64,000 bases of DNA from Eledone cirrhosa (Eukaryota). The position numbers and the translations under genes are program-made. The stretch is taken from positions 25,110,001 through 25,174,000 of the forward strand of contig OZ024749.1 in the NCBI GenBank assembly GCA_964016885.1. Direction: 5' to 3'. Below are positions 41,109-55,757 of this stretch, piece after piece (the stretch's first letter is position 1; the number at the start of each line of letters is the position of its first letter). The notes beneath the pieces are model-generated. The model had not been told where the DNA came from and did not search any database. It saw only the letters and a program-made list of their open reading frames with translations.

Positions 41109-42977
41109 CAAGGACCACCAACAAGACTCGTATGCGGAGCTAATATAGCTAGCAACTACAGGATCTCCTACTTCCTCTCAATGGTTATACGCCCCATAAT
41201 CAAGATGTCTCCAGATGTATGTGAAAGTACAGAGGACCTCCTCAGCAGAATCAGTGAGTGCAACAAAAACAGGAGCCTATCCAACTGCATAATAGGCAGC
41301 ATGGATGTGGTGTCACTGTACCCATCCATTAACATTGATTTTGCTGTGAAAAGATGTGTGGAGATGATCATTGAGAGTGAGGTGGAGTTCTGCGACGTCG
41401 ACACAGACGAACTGGGCCTCCTACTTAGACTTACCTACGACACTGACTACCTAGACAGCCATGACCTTAGATGTTTCTGCCCTAGTAGACCTATAAGAGG
41501 TAGACCCCCCACCATAACCTCAATGGCTAAAAAGACTCCCATAGGAAGGTGGATTGGGTGGACCAAAGCTATACGGACCCCCCAAAACACTGATCAGGTA
41601 AGAAAAATGGTCGCACATGCAATAGGGGCTAGTATCAAAACTACCCTAAAGGGCCACATATTTAAGTTCAATGAGAAAATCTACACCCAAAATGAGGGAG
41701 CAGCCATCGGCGTCAGCATAGCTGGTGATGTTGCCAACCTTTTCATGGTATGGTGGGAAAGGAGACTTAAAGATCTCCTCCTTAATGAAAGCTCCATAGA
41801 CCTCATCATGTACTCTCGTTATGTAGACGATATCAATATAGTTATAAGAACACCCCCACTAGAGAGCACTAACAAGTTTGATTTAGAACGTAGCACGATG
41901 GAAAGCATCCAGCAGATAGCTAATTTCATACACCAGAGTATAACTGTAACTATAGACTTCCCTTCAAAACACCCTAACAATAGACTACCTGTATTAGACA
42001 CAGAACTCTGGATTAACACTATAGACGAGAGAGCCCAAATTCTCCACTCACACTATGCTAAACCCATGGCCTCCAAATACCTGATACTCAAAAACTCAGC
42101 AATGTCCAGTAGTGCTAAGTTTAATATTCTGATCGCAGATTTGGTACGAGTGATGAAGAATGTGTCCAGCATGTGCGACCCAACAGAAATGGAAGGACAT
42201 ATCCAACACTTCATCAACCGCATGCAGTTCTCTGGCTACAACCAAAGAGACAGAGTCAGAGTATACGAAGGAGCCATGGAAAAGTATAAGACCCTCATAG
42301 AACTGGACATGAAAGGAATTTGCCCACTATACAGGAGCAAATCATGAAATAGCTTAGATAGGGCTAGACATAAGATAGGGAAGGCCACATCATGGTACGA
42401 CAACCAGAGATATCAGAGTGTCATGTTTGTGGACGCCACCCCTGGAGGGAAATTAGCTAACCAGTGTAGAAAGGCCCTGAGAAAGACCCACTTAAAAATA
42501 AAGGTGGTAGAAAAGCCAGGAACCACCATAAAATCCCTGATCAGCAAAACCTACCCTTTTAAGAAAACCCACTGTACTAATAGGAAATGTATCATATGTA
42601 AGGTGAACCCCCGGATAAAATGTAAAACTAGAAACGTAGTCTATAGCATAAGATGTACAGAGGGTACTTGCAGAAACACGACAACAACATACATAGGTGA
42701 GACAGCTCGTAGCATAGGTGAAAGGATAGACCAACACTGGGGGGAACTAGAAGGACGAAAAAATGGGTCAGTACTATACGAACATGCTAGACAACAACAT
42801 GACGGTAACATAGACAACATAGAAATTAGAATAATATCTAAACATAGGAATGACCCAGCAGATAGGCAAATCAGAGAGGCCAGTGAAATAGAAATTAGAA
42901 GACCAAAGCTAAACAGAAAGAATGAGTGGAACAACAACAACACCCAAACAAACAACACTGACCTAAGAGAAGTATAA
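41109..42977 (+). pseudogene. PLE RT + GIY-YIG polyprotein, N-terminally truncated, one in-frame TGA at 42345-42347
   Basis: SMDVVSLYPSI, QNEGAAIG, YSRYVDD, LPVLD, Cys linker, VVY...YIGET. ORFs 41181-42347 and 42423-42977 are in the same frame. Confidence 0.93.
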
Positions 42978-43556
42978 ATAAATAAGTAAATTAAATTAAA
43001 TAAATAAAATAAGATAAATAAATACATACACAAGCACATAAACACACACTAGTCACCCAGCAGACACAACACTATACACACTAGTCACACATCACACATA
43101 ACACTATACACACACGCAAACGCATGCGCAAAGAAGACAAAATAAAATAAGATAAACAAACAAGCAAATAAATAAATAAATATATAGACAGACTGAACAA
43201 AAAAAAATGGCGTAGACATACAACACAACAGGAGGAACAATGAATATAACACCACTGACAATGTTGCAGATGTGCAACGAAAGATTTATGTAAATTATGT
43301 AAACTATATATATATGTGTTTGTCTATATTGTATCTGTATTATTTTTGACCGCCGGTCAGTCAATGGCAACATTGAGGACCGAGTAAGTTAGATCGCAGA
43401 TATATATATATAAAAGACAGCGAGAAGCGAAAACCAACCAAACAGTGAGTTTGTTCTGTTATTAATTCTGGCAATATTACGCAAATATGACCCTCCCCAA
43501 ATATAACAATATCTGTTTCGACACACGATTTCATATAAAAAACCTCGCAAAACTAA

Positions 43557-43631
<75 letters not shown>

Positions 43632-43680
43632 CCACAAACACACACACATACGTAAATACATACATAGATTTTATCGTAAA

Positions 43681-43850
43681 ATACCAGGTACCATAACGCA
43701 CCAGACTACTCAACACTAAGGGTAGTAGATAGGACACTAGGAAATGGGTCAGGAGCTCCACGGCTGAGCTTCGGCCGTTTTGACAGCTAGCTCGGATCTA
43801 GCTGTCGAAACGGCTGGTGCTCAACCGTCGGGGTCCTGACTCTTTTCCTA
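43681..43850 (-). mobile_element. Diverged family H hairpin element
   Basis: ccataacgcaccagactactcaacactaagggtagtag, then hairpin 43738-43850 with gacagctag/ctagctgtc-GAAA-cggct...ccg-TC-gggg. Confidence 0.75.
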
Positions 43851-44079
43851 TATACACCGTATATATATATATATATTACATACACAGGTAAATTCACACA
43901 CGTACTCCATCGTTTTCACTTCAGTCGGATTTCTCATATCGTTATTAGAAGAATATTTTGTTCGGAGAGACATTCACGGCGTTGTCTTCTATTTTAATTT
44001 TTAAAACTCTTCTCGTCCCATTCTACACATACTTCCTTCATTAAACCTTCATCTTCATCATCAACATTATTGTCAACCC

Positions 44080-44500
44080 CGTAATGTTCCCTCAACTGGT
44101 GCAGCATGAATTGGTACGTCTCTCTAGACGCTTTCGCAGTCAGTCGTTTCACTGATCTGTATTCTCTGACATGCGTAGAAAGATCTCGCTGTTGTGACCA
44201 GCCAAGTGTTTGATGTTATCGGATCACAATTTTCCTTGTCTGCCCCTTCTTCCCTCTAATTCGACTGTGCACTGAAAGATGGTTTTAGACAAGGGGTTAT
44301 GACAGGATACATGGCCATACAAGGCAATATTCCCTCTTTTCACAATCGCAGGGCCTGGTTCTTGTCTACCAGCATATTTCACAAAACTGTTTTGTGTTCC
44401 GTATACGGGATATATAGCAACCTTATACTCGAGTAAGAAGACTCTTCCTTCCAGGTCATCTGTGAGATTTCAGCTCTCACACTCATATAGAAATATCAAA
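44080..44500 (-). pseudogene. RTE-clade LINE 3' (C-terminal) fragment
   Basis: IFLYECES*NLTDDLEGRV ... IVKRGNIALYGHVSCHNPLSKTIFQCTVELEGRRGRQGKL*SDNIK, typical RTE C-terminus. Confidence 0.8.
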
Positions 44501-45239
44501 GTGTATATTTGCGTCTAGCTAATGTTCAAGCGTAATATATGACACGATTTTTTTCAACTACATAAAGTCAGAAAAAGTAAACAAATAACTAATTACGAAC
44601 GTTGATCAAGTTACTTCTGTTTCGAAGTAGTTTAGGCTAAGTAAAGGCAGAGCTAACGAAACAAACTAGAAAATAAATTCTTTCACCATTTTAAGTATGG
44701 AACAGATACAAAGTTCAAATTAACTATGGAATAAAAGATCAAACGATGTATTTTTCTCTTCATTTATTAATTACAACCACAAGTATGAAACAAAAATTGA
44801 AATATTGATGAAATATTAACATCTTTGTCTTTTTTAAATACAATAACAAGTTATACAGACTAACACAGGAAATAAAATAAAATATTAAGTAGATTATATA
44901 AAATGAAATTTTCAGAAATAGAGTGTTATTGAAATTCAAGTGTGGCCTGTCACATATACGAAATAGTTGGAAAAATAGAAAAAACATACTCTCAAACACA
45001 TTTAAAGTTGGAAGGTCGAAATAAAACAAAATGGTAGAATTCTACTAATTTTTTATATATATATATTTTTTTTAGATAATTACGAATTATCTCTTATCGT
45101 CATCAGATAAGGAACGACAGAAAAAAGTATGGTGTCCGCCATTCTCTTTATATGTTTTATGTACAGACGCACACAAACGCACACGTACAATTGCAAACAC
45201 ATATGAACACATTTAAACATGTCTGTGTATACACACACA

Positions 45240-45334
<95 letters not shown>

Positions 45335-45754
45335 TTATATATATATTTATATATATATATATATGTTTATAAATATGTTTATATATATATTTATATATAT
45401 ATTTATATATATATTTATATTATATATATATATATATATTTATATATATTTATATATGTATATATATATATATTTATATATATATTTATATATATATATT
45501 TATATTTATATATATATTTATATATATATATTTATATATATATATTTATATATATATATTTATATATATATATTTATATATATATTTATATATATATATT
45601 TATATATATATATTTATATATATATTTATATATATATGTATATTTATATATATATATGTATATTTATATATATATATATATATATTTATATATAACACAT
45701 ATATTTATATATATATATATATATATAATATATATATTTATAAATATATATATG

Positions 45755-45789
<35 letters not shown>

Positions 45790-45858
45790 CAATATATATA
45801 TTTATTTATATATATATATATATATATACAATATATATATTTATATATGTATATTTAC

Positions 45859-45892
<34 letters not shown>

Positions 45893-45967
45893 ATTTATAT
45901 ATATATGTATGTATTTATATATATATATACACGCATATAAACATATATATATATATATATCTACATG

Positions 45968-46044
<77 letters not shown>

Positions 46045-46163
46045 ATACATACATGTAGGTGGGTGTGTATATGTGTGTCTTTTTATCTGACTTCAGATCT
46101 CTGAGAAAACGTTAGATCCATGTAAACAGCAAAGATGTCACAAGAGTAGTTTATAATAACGAG

Positions 46164-46380
<217 letters not shown>

Positions 46381-46629
46381 GAGACTTTGAGGTAGAGTGA
46401 TAAGCAGAGTGAAATAGAATATTAAAAAAACTTTCAAAACCCGTTAAGTTATTTCCTACTATTTATTTGAGATATACCTATTCTTCCTCTATATCAGATG
46501 TTTCTGCTGTACACAGTTGACCAGTCAATACTGATAGTTGTTCAAATCCCTCCGAGGTATTACTTTTCATCCAGTAATGCACTGGCGTAATTATTGCTCT
46601 CTGTGCAAAAGGTAGAAACAATTATTGAT

Positions 46630-47335
46630 CGTTTTACCTAATCACCCAATCTACTGTGATTGATTTAATCTGGTGCCTAGTATTTTTCTGGTCCAATTAA
46701 CCAGTCATACAATCTTATGTGATTGATTTAATCTGGTTTCTAGTATTTTCTGGTCCAGTTATCCTGTCACCCATTACACCGTGAAAAGATTAACCTGGTG
46801 TTCAAACGTCTGTGGTAGATTTAAGCTAACTGTCAGTGAGTTAACAGTTATAGACTTAACATTGCAACCACGTACTTGTACTAGATTTAACCAAACATAG
46901 TCATATGAGTGAGATATATTGCCTACACGCAGTCTTCAGTGTTTGCCTGAACGCGTCACGCATTCATCACTGGTAGATTTAGCACCTTGCCCAGGAATAT
47001 GTTAAGAATTAATAGCTTACGCAGTCATATACGGTAACTATTAGCAGTCGTCCAGTCATCTCTAGTCGATTGTATTCGTTTTATTGTCATTTCGGAAGAT
47101 TTTACACGTCGCATGACCCAGGCTGCTTCATTCGAGTTAAATCTCCATCAAATCATAAGAGGTAGATTTTACCCGTCATCCAGTCATGTGCTGTATATTA
47201 TATTCGTTGTCTAGTTGATGTTCCTCGTCGACCAAGTCTCTTTCTTTGAGTTAATCTGTTGCCCACACATTTCGTGGTAGACTTTAACCTATCGCCAAAT
47301 CTTCTGTCAACATGAGCTTGGAGTACGTTTAACGG
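46630..47335 (+). repeat. Highly degenerate ~31-bp minisatellite (local ~62-bp dimer)
   Basis: Recurrent gtagattta/gattgatttaatctggt and gtca..cagtcat motifs. Confidence 0.55.
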
Positions 47336-47542
47336 AATCAATTCTCACGCAAACAATCCCTGTGGTCTCTTTCATTTTAAATTAAGAAGATACTCCACAT
47401 CGTAGCCCATAAAGAAAAAAAGCCATAAAAAGATAATGAGCGTGACACTACTACTTTTGCCTAAGCTCCACTTATTCACACACGCATACACACAACTATA
47501 TATATTTATATATATATACATACATAGATATAATAATACATT

Positions 47543-47601
<59 letters not shown>

Positions 47602-47665
47602 ATAGATATACAAATACATATATTTATTCACACACATACGCACACTGACACACACACACACATAC

Positions 47666-47719
<54 letters not shown>

Positions 47720-48640
47720 CACGATATATTACATTTAATAGTGTAAAGCCCTCTCCGTGCAGTCTCATATCACTGCTATCAATCATTCAATAAATGCTAC
47801 AGAAATAAGAATTAAGTGCCATCTCTATGGAGTCCTGTGTTTCTCAAAAGATAATAAACGTTAGTTGAAATTAGGTTAAGTACGTCCAATATGAAGTTGT
47901 CAAAAGGTTAACTCTTCATTCATATTAATTCTTCATACATAACAAGAGGAATTGAATTGTGTTTAAAATCACTTTACCTGAAACACTTGCAGTGTTTTAG
48001 GCTTGTGTACGATGAATATGGCATGAGTGAGTTCATTGCAATAAATCCAGTGGTTGTTCAAGCAATCACTTTAAAGCTAAGCTCCCAGCTTATTGCTTCT
48101 GCAACTATATTATTCTAAGAGAACTTTCCGATCAATATACTTTTCATTGCTATTTAATTCTTCAGTACTTTTGCGTATTGTCGTCTAAGGTATGAAGATA
48201 TATATTTAAATCAGTGGCAGCTCGCTTTATTGAATCTATACAATTCTGTCGAAATTGTTCCTTAATAACATAGGTTTTGTCACAGTCAGATTCAAATGTC
48301 CTACTCTGGGATAATTTAGCGAACAAAGCTAGTTGTTTTTGAAGCATTAGACTTAGCTACGGTACAATTATATAACTTTGAATAATCCGTATCTTTTTTT
48401 ATCATCGTATTGCCTTCAGAAAATTTAGATTTATTAATGTGATTTCAAATACTCTTTTAAGTTCTTCTTTCATTCTCTGTATGTCTTTAAAAAACATATA
48501 TAACAGAAAATGTTATTATCCTCTATTATATTGTCAGAAATTTAGAAGGTATACATTCGCACACACTCAACTACACACACGTACACATACACGCACACGC
48601 ACACATTCACACTACAGACACACACACACACACACACACG

Positions 48641-48722
<82 letters not shown>

Positions 48723-50749
48723 AATAGATAGATATATTAATAGATAGTTATAGATAGATAGATAAATAGATTCATAGATAGATAGAGGGATAGATAAATA
48801 GATAGACTGACAGACAAGTAGATAAATAGATCGACAGATAGATAGATAGATAGATAGAGAAGAAGGAAAGCTAAAAGATAGAACAAAGTTGAATTATATA
48901 GATGAGCAAAGCTAACAAAGGCCAAACAGTTTAAAATATTGATATATCCCACACGTTCTTAATAGTTAATAGCTTCTCTGGTTTATATGAATGGCATATG
49001 TCACACGTCCTGCATGGTGTGTATATACTTAGAAAAGAATATTATTCATTGATATTTTGATGATATGATTATCTTGATAAATGGTTGTATAGAATAAGGA
49101 TATTTTGCCTCATATCAATTTTATATATCACAGTATTTCGTATTAAACGTGCTATATCTCTTCTCATTGTTAAAATTGTGAATTATAACGACATAGATAT
49201 TTTTCAAACATTTACTATGGCAGCTTTTATTTTCCGCCATCCGTGTGTGATGAAACCAAATACACACTATTTAATACTGCTGTCCCAAGAAACAGAGAGT
49301 CGTTATCTCGTGAATTGCAGTGTTGACACTAGCATTAGACCGTGAATTCACCGTAGAAAATCCGGTACTGGAATGCCAGATTCATTACAGCTTATGCATG
49401 TAAATATATTCTAACTTTCTCCATTTCGAATTAAGATTTCACTGCAATTAATCATGCCTTTTACTCTCACTGGTTCCATAGCAGAAATAATAAAATACTA
49501 GACGAAGCCATGGAAGTGTAGAAGTTTAGAGCGTTGGAAAAGACACATTGTGGTATTTGCTCCTTCTCTTTCCATTCTGATAGTAAAATCCACTTTGACA
49601 CACCTGGGTAGCAGACGTATCTCGACGCCGCTTTCAGTACAACCGTCGGAGAAAGAAATAGAAAGATAAGAGGTTTATGTGTTTGTCACTCTTAGTTTTG
49701 TTTTAATTACAAGACAAAATTCATCAAAACGAGGTAACATGAAACACTTCGAAGATGCATCTGAGACCATTCTACCTCATCTGATGTTTTCTCTATCAGA
49801 GTAGTGAGATATTACCTAAAGGGTATCAGTTTTATATTGGAGTTATATACATTGTGCTTACTTATACTAAATATATTATTGGTATATTTAATGAAAAAAC
49901 CAACATTCAGTAATCAAATTTACACACTTCAATAAGTGGATACATCCGTATTGAATACAAAAAAATCGTTTCTAAGATCCACTGTAATATTTCGATGTAT
50001 ATTTGGATAACTAGATTCATTCAGGAATTGAATGACAGGGATTACAATTGAAAATCGAAACCTGGTCCAAAGGTTAAATTTTCATAGAAGGTTCTATAAT
50101 TCTAGAAAAAACTACGACACTTTCGCGGTGTCATGTTGGTTAATATTAACTAACTAAAAAGTAAATAGTTCTTATAATATTTCTCTCGGTGAATGACGTT
50201 ATGGAGATAGTAATGGAAGAGGGTGGAAACGACAACATCCTGTACTATAGAGCAGGCGACATTTTAAACGTAAAAACGAAAGCTAATAACATGTGAAATG
50301 GAAAAATCTGGAAACTGATGTTGTAACTTCGATAATGTGATAGAGTTGACTGTTTCCGCAACCAAATGGACAGGTATGATGTGGTATGGCTATCAAAATA
50401 TATCCAAATAGACACTAATGTAAATTTCGCATGTATAAAAGAAATATAGACTCCATTTTGGTCAATAACATTAGTGGTGCGTGATAAGAGTAGAAATCAC
50501 AGTCTTATGGAAACGGATTTACTTGACGCGATGGTTATAATAATAATTATTATTGTTATTTTTATCATCATCATCATCATCATTATTATTATTATTAATG
50601 CTTGAGAATCGGAAAAAAATACCTAGGGGTGTCTTAGAGTATTAGTAAAACATTGAGTATGATTTTATCGATTTCTACTAAAACAAAAAAAAAAGAAAAG
50701 AAATGCTGCCCCTATTAGAAAACATTATTATTATTATTGCGGTGAATAA

Positions 50750-51148
50750 GGGCGGTGAATTGGCAGTATCGGTAGAGGGTTGGACGTCATGCTTTCTAGC
50801 ATAGTTACGTCCCTTTACAATCTGCGTTCAAATCCCGCCGAGGTTAACTTTGCCTTTCATCGTTACGGGGTCGATAAAATAAAGTACCAGTAATGTACTG
50901 GGTAATTTGCTGGCCTTGTGCCTAAAGTAGAAACAATTATTATTATTATTGCTATCGGTGGATTGGCAGTATCGGTAGAGGGTCGGGCGCCATGCTTTGA
51001 AGCATAGAGTTACCTCCCTTTATGATCTGAGTTTAAATCCCGCCGAGGTTAACTTTGCCTTTCATCCTTACGGGGTCGATAAAATAAAGTACCAGTAATG
51101 CACTGGGATAATTGCGGGCCTGGTGCCAAAAGTAGAAACAATTATTAT
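50750..51148 (+). mobile_element. Two tandem SINE family A copies
   Basis: A/B boxes, core, (ATT)n tails. Confidence 0.9.
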
Positions 51149-52850
51149 TGCAGTCGTTGTTGTAAATCTTTACTGAGCTTCTTATTCTGTGGGACCATTT
51201 ATTTTGGTGTTTCATAATGCTTGCATATCTTCTAGCTTATAAAAACTTTCTTTAATTTGTATTTATCTTACCATGTATAGTTCTTTTCTACCTTGATATT
51301 TGTCAGTGTATGTTTTGCAATATTTATCTATGCCACTTTATGTAGCATTATGTTAACGTTCCTAAGTAATTTCGGTTTTTTAAAGGTTTATTTTTAGTAC
51401 TTTTCTCATAAGATGCCCCTCGCGAATCAGCTACTAAATCAGGAAACTCTCTGAAGCTGCGTTTCTACATTACATGTAACATCCGCAGAATAAAATTTAA
51501 CTTTTCTTTCTCAATATTGTTTGTTGTTCTCCTATAGCTTTTGTTTCCGAGTATCGTTCAGATTAACGTGTTAAATAATAAAGTTAGCTCAAGGGACACA
51601 AAATGGAAAGGAGTGAGTGTGCCACATTAAATTATTGTCAGTTGGTGAGAACAAATGATTTTAATAAATGTGTTTTAATTCGTGTTGACAGTATTGTTAT
51701 TTAGCTATGTCTAAGCGTTGGTTTTGTAGAAGCATTTTCAAAGGCATTGCATTTATTTCCTTTTTTTATAATCCGTATCATAACGTAACATATCAAATAG
51801 TATCCTATATTTGCCACCTCAGTGTATGATAGTGTAAATTACGTCGATAAAGTATGCAAAGGTAGTTTCAATGACCTGAATGTATAACAGAATGCATGTT
51901 CTTCTATTTTGTTGTGTTTGATATATTTTAACCCATGTTATAACCTTATTTCGTTTTCATTAATCTTTATAAATATTCATTAGTTATGTTATGTTTCACA
52001 CGACTAGTGATTTATAACTGCTCACTGTAGAATATATTTACTAAACATCCGTATTAACATAACCTGAATCCCGAATGAATTTGTTAGTTGGAAATGCGCA
52101 GACATTTTAGGGTATATATATATGTATTAGGGTATATATGTGTGTTTGTGAGTATGGATATATATTAATTCTGTATTCTGACGAGAGAGAAAGAGAAGGG
52201 GTGCAAAGGGCTATAAAATTGCCATGTGTTCTAGGAAAAATGCTTAAAATCAAAGGTTTCTCCTTAAAATTATTTACGTTATCGCAACCTGAGGAAATCT
52301 TGTAAGAGGCTGTATAATTCTACTACGAAAAGCCTTCTTGTTTAAATGTATATTACTGCAAGCATTCAAGTAGTTTGCTTTGAGATACGTGAATCAATGA
52401 TGAGGTGAATAAGTGTGTCTTTGGCACATGAAAAACTATTTTAAAACGAGATGGACGAATGTAGGAGGCAAAGAAAGAAGCAGCGAAAGTGTATAAAATA
52501 ATGTAGCTGGGGAAGAAAATAATATATGATAAATCTAAAGAAGCAGCTAAGAAGATAAACGAAAAATAAGAACTGAAGTGAATAGAAGATGAGATGAGTT
52601 GGTTTGGCAATTTTTCTTTCATTTTGTTGATGCATTGAAAAGCGTTGAATTAAAGAGACTTGTGCTGAAATAGGCGATGCTGCAGACATAATCTTTCCTT
52701 ATTTATGCCACTGAATTGGCGATTGCTGAATTAAACAGAGAACATTATACACACAAATAGATAAATTAGATAAATATATTGAGGTAGAAAGATAAATAGA
52801 TAAATATATAGAGAGACAGGTAGATAGATAGAGAGAGAGAGAGGGGATGC

Positions 52851-52901
<51 letters not shown>

Positions 52902-52920
52902 CAGATAGATGGATAGCTAG

Positions 52921-52987
<67 letters not shown>

Positions 52988-53677
52988 CAGAGAGAGAGAG
53001 AGAGAGAGACTGATAGATAGATAGATAAATAGATATATAGATAGATAGGTAGGTAGACAGATAGATTGATGGATGGATCGATCGATAGATGAATAGATAG
53101 ATAGATAGTTAGATAGATAGATAGACAGACATATATAATACCAAGCTTCTCTAAAAAGTTTCTGCAAATCCTAACTTTCTAGTTGCAGAGGATGAAAGAA
53201 AGACGCTGGCAATTTTTGTTTTCTTTGTTTGCAGAAGACAGCTTTGAGTAAAGAATAGACGAGTTGATTTCATTCGCTGGATTAAGGATTCAGTCTCGGT
53301 AACAAATTGAAATAATATGGCTTCAAGTAAGCTTTATAGTAAAATAGATTAGGTAAAATATAAAGTTATATGAACCTTCTTCGGTTTAGACGATGAGTGT
53401 AATAGGTGTTCGTTCACAGCTATCTCCTATGTGTTAAATATACCATGTAAATAGCTGACTATTCCACACGGGCGTGAACTCTGGCCATAAATATCAATGA
53501 CATTCAATGTTACTATATGAGACAAAGCTGACCCTTTCCGTTGTAATTAAAATAACTGATTTTTATTTATTTATCACATAGAAGTGTGGGGTTAGAGACA
53601 ATACAAAGAACACAATGTGGAGTTTTCAAGGAGTCAAAGGTATGGAAAATAAAAGAGGGGATACAATAGATATAACT

Positions 53678-54570
53678 ATAATGATTTCTAGTATAGGCAA
53701 AAGGGCAGTAATTGGGCGATTAAATGCACGCCAATACGTTACTGGTGATTTATTTTATCGACCTCGTAAGGATGAAAGGCAAAGTTAACTTCGGCAGTAT
53801 TTGAACTCAGACCGTAAAAGGCCGTAACTTTATGCTGCAAAGCATGGTCTCCGACTCTCTACTGACACTGCCAATCCTCTGCCGTATTAGATATAACTAT
53901 AATAATAATTATGGTTTCTGATTTAGACACAAGTCCAGCAATTCTGAGAGGAGGCAAAGTCGATTAAATAGACACCACTGTGTTAATAGTAATTTATTTC
54001 ATAAACCGCTTAAGGAGGAATGTCACAGCTATCCTCGGCGTTATTTGAACTGAGAAGGTAAATGGACCAAACTATATAGCGCAATGCATGTTGTCCGACG
54101 CTCTATCCATTCTACCATTTGAACCTCCTTATAATAATAACAATAATATTATTATTTTCTGATTTAGCCACAAGACCAACAATTTTGGGGGACGGTTAAT
54201 TTTTTGATACCGTAACAGAATGAAGAGCAAGGCTATCCTTAGAAGAATTTCAACACAGAACCTAAAGGCACGTACCTGTATAATTGTGCGACGCTCAACG
54301 ATATTGACAATCTATAACAATAGTAACCACCTTATAACGATAGTAACAATAGTTTCTCAATTAGGCACAAGGCCAACAATTTCATGGGGGAGGGGAAATA
54401 CGATTAGATCGACTCGAGTACGTTACTGAAGCTTTATTTTATCGAGCCTGTAAGGATAAAAGGCAAAGCTTCCTCAATGGCATTTGAACTGAGAAAATAA
54501 AAGGACTGAACAATATACGACAAATCATGTTAGCAGATGTTCTGCCGATTCGGCGAATCCAACACCTTTA
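53678..54570 (-). mobile_element. Four tandem decayed SINE family A copies
   Basis: Reverse-complement matches separated by (AAT)n tails. Confidence 0.8.
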
Positions 54571-54724
54571 TAACTCTAATAATAATACATATTAATATAA
54601 GAAGAATAGGTTTTGCCCAACAGTTTGAAGTCGATGAAGAAAATATTCTAAGTCTGCTAAAATATTTCAACATATTTCTATCGAATAAGATGACAGCTTA
54701 AAAGGAAACATTATTTCTTACCTG

Positions 54725-54912
54725 AGGGCGGTGAATTGGCAGTATCGGTAGAGGGTCGGACGCCATGCTTTGATGTATAGAGTTACGGCCCTTGCCATTC
54801 TGAGTTCAAATCCCGCCGAGGTTAACTTTGCCTTTCATCCTTACGGGGTTGATAAAATAAAGTACCAGTAATCTACTGGGTAATTGCTGGCCTTGTGCCA
54901 AAAGTAGAAACA
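54725..54912 (+). mobile_element. Young SINE family A monomer with 15-bp TSD
   Basis: attatttcttacctg at 54710-54724 and 54913-54927. Confidence 0.92.
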
Positions 54913-55464
54913 ATTATTTCTTACCTGTAAGTCAGTACGTAGGCACCAGTACTGAAATATATAATATATCTGACTCAAAATCACAAGAAATACACTTAAA
55001 GAATAGAGGATTATGGGATAGATAGTTTTATCGATTTTTTTTCTCATTCTGATAGGAAATTGAAAGAGAATATCTCCGACGTTCTAAATTTAGTAGCATA
55101 TGTCCATATGTATATTTATGTATGTATATATGTGTGTATGTATCTATGTATGTATGTGTGTATCTATGTATGTATTTATGTATGTTCTTCTGGTTTTACA
55201 ATGTTATAAATGTTTACCAATAGAAAGAGAGAGTCGGTTACAAACATAGACACAAGACTCTCTCATTGCAATTTAAACAACATCAACTAGGTAGATATAT
55301 ATGCATGTATGTGTGTGCATGTATGGATGTTAATGTATGTGTGGATTTGGATGTGTTGCGTTATATGTGTGCATGTACATATGCGTTGTATCTCTACATG
55401 TCACATGCAGTTATTAGATGCATAATATTTGGAATGTTTTACCTATTTTTACTGTTACATTAAT

Positions 55465-55757
55465 GGTGAGTGTGCATGGTTTAGTAGTTAGAGCGACGGG
55501 CTTACAATCCTGAGGTTGTGATTTCGATTCTCAGACCCGGTTTAGCGTTGTGTTCTTGAGCAAGACACTATATTTCGAGTTCTAATGTCACTGGTGCCAA
55601 GGTGTATCGGCCTTTACATTTCCCTTTAACAACATCGGTGGCGTGAAGAGGGGCGACTGCTGGTCTTCCACAAACAACCTTGCCCGGACTTGTGCCTTCG
55701 AAGGGAACTTTCTAGTTGCAAATCCCATGGTCATTCGTGACCGAAGGGGCTCTTAAA
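55465..55757 (+). mobile_element. tRNA-derived CORE-type SINE (resembles octopus OK/OR-type SINEs)
   Basis: A box tggtttagtagttag, B-box-like tttcgattc, CORE-like gtgttcttgagcaagacact. Confidence 0.7.

Larger units (their letters stand above)
39830..43560 (+). mobile_element. Young Penelope-like element family 2 (Neptune-like), 5'-truncated, with 1.28-kb inverted duplicate of its 3' end (39830-41107 mirrors 42233-43510)
   Basis: Near-identical arms, RT + GIY-YIG ORF, pLTR with HHR, (TA)n flanks. Confidence 0.95.

Noticed and set aside
42345-42347. In-frame TGA as selenocysteine (as in some Naiad PLEs)
   Set aside because: The mirror arm has TGG and PLE-1 has Trp at this position, so it is a simple nonsense mutation.
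45050-45115. CTGATGA + stem on minus strand (also ctgaaga at ~29688)
   Set aside because: No GAAA or credible stem III.
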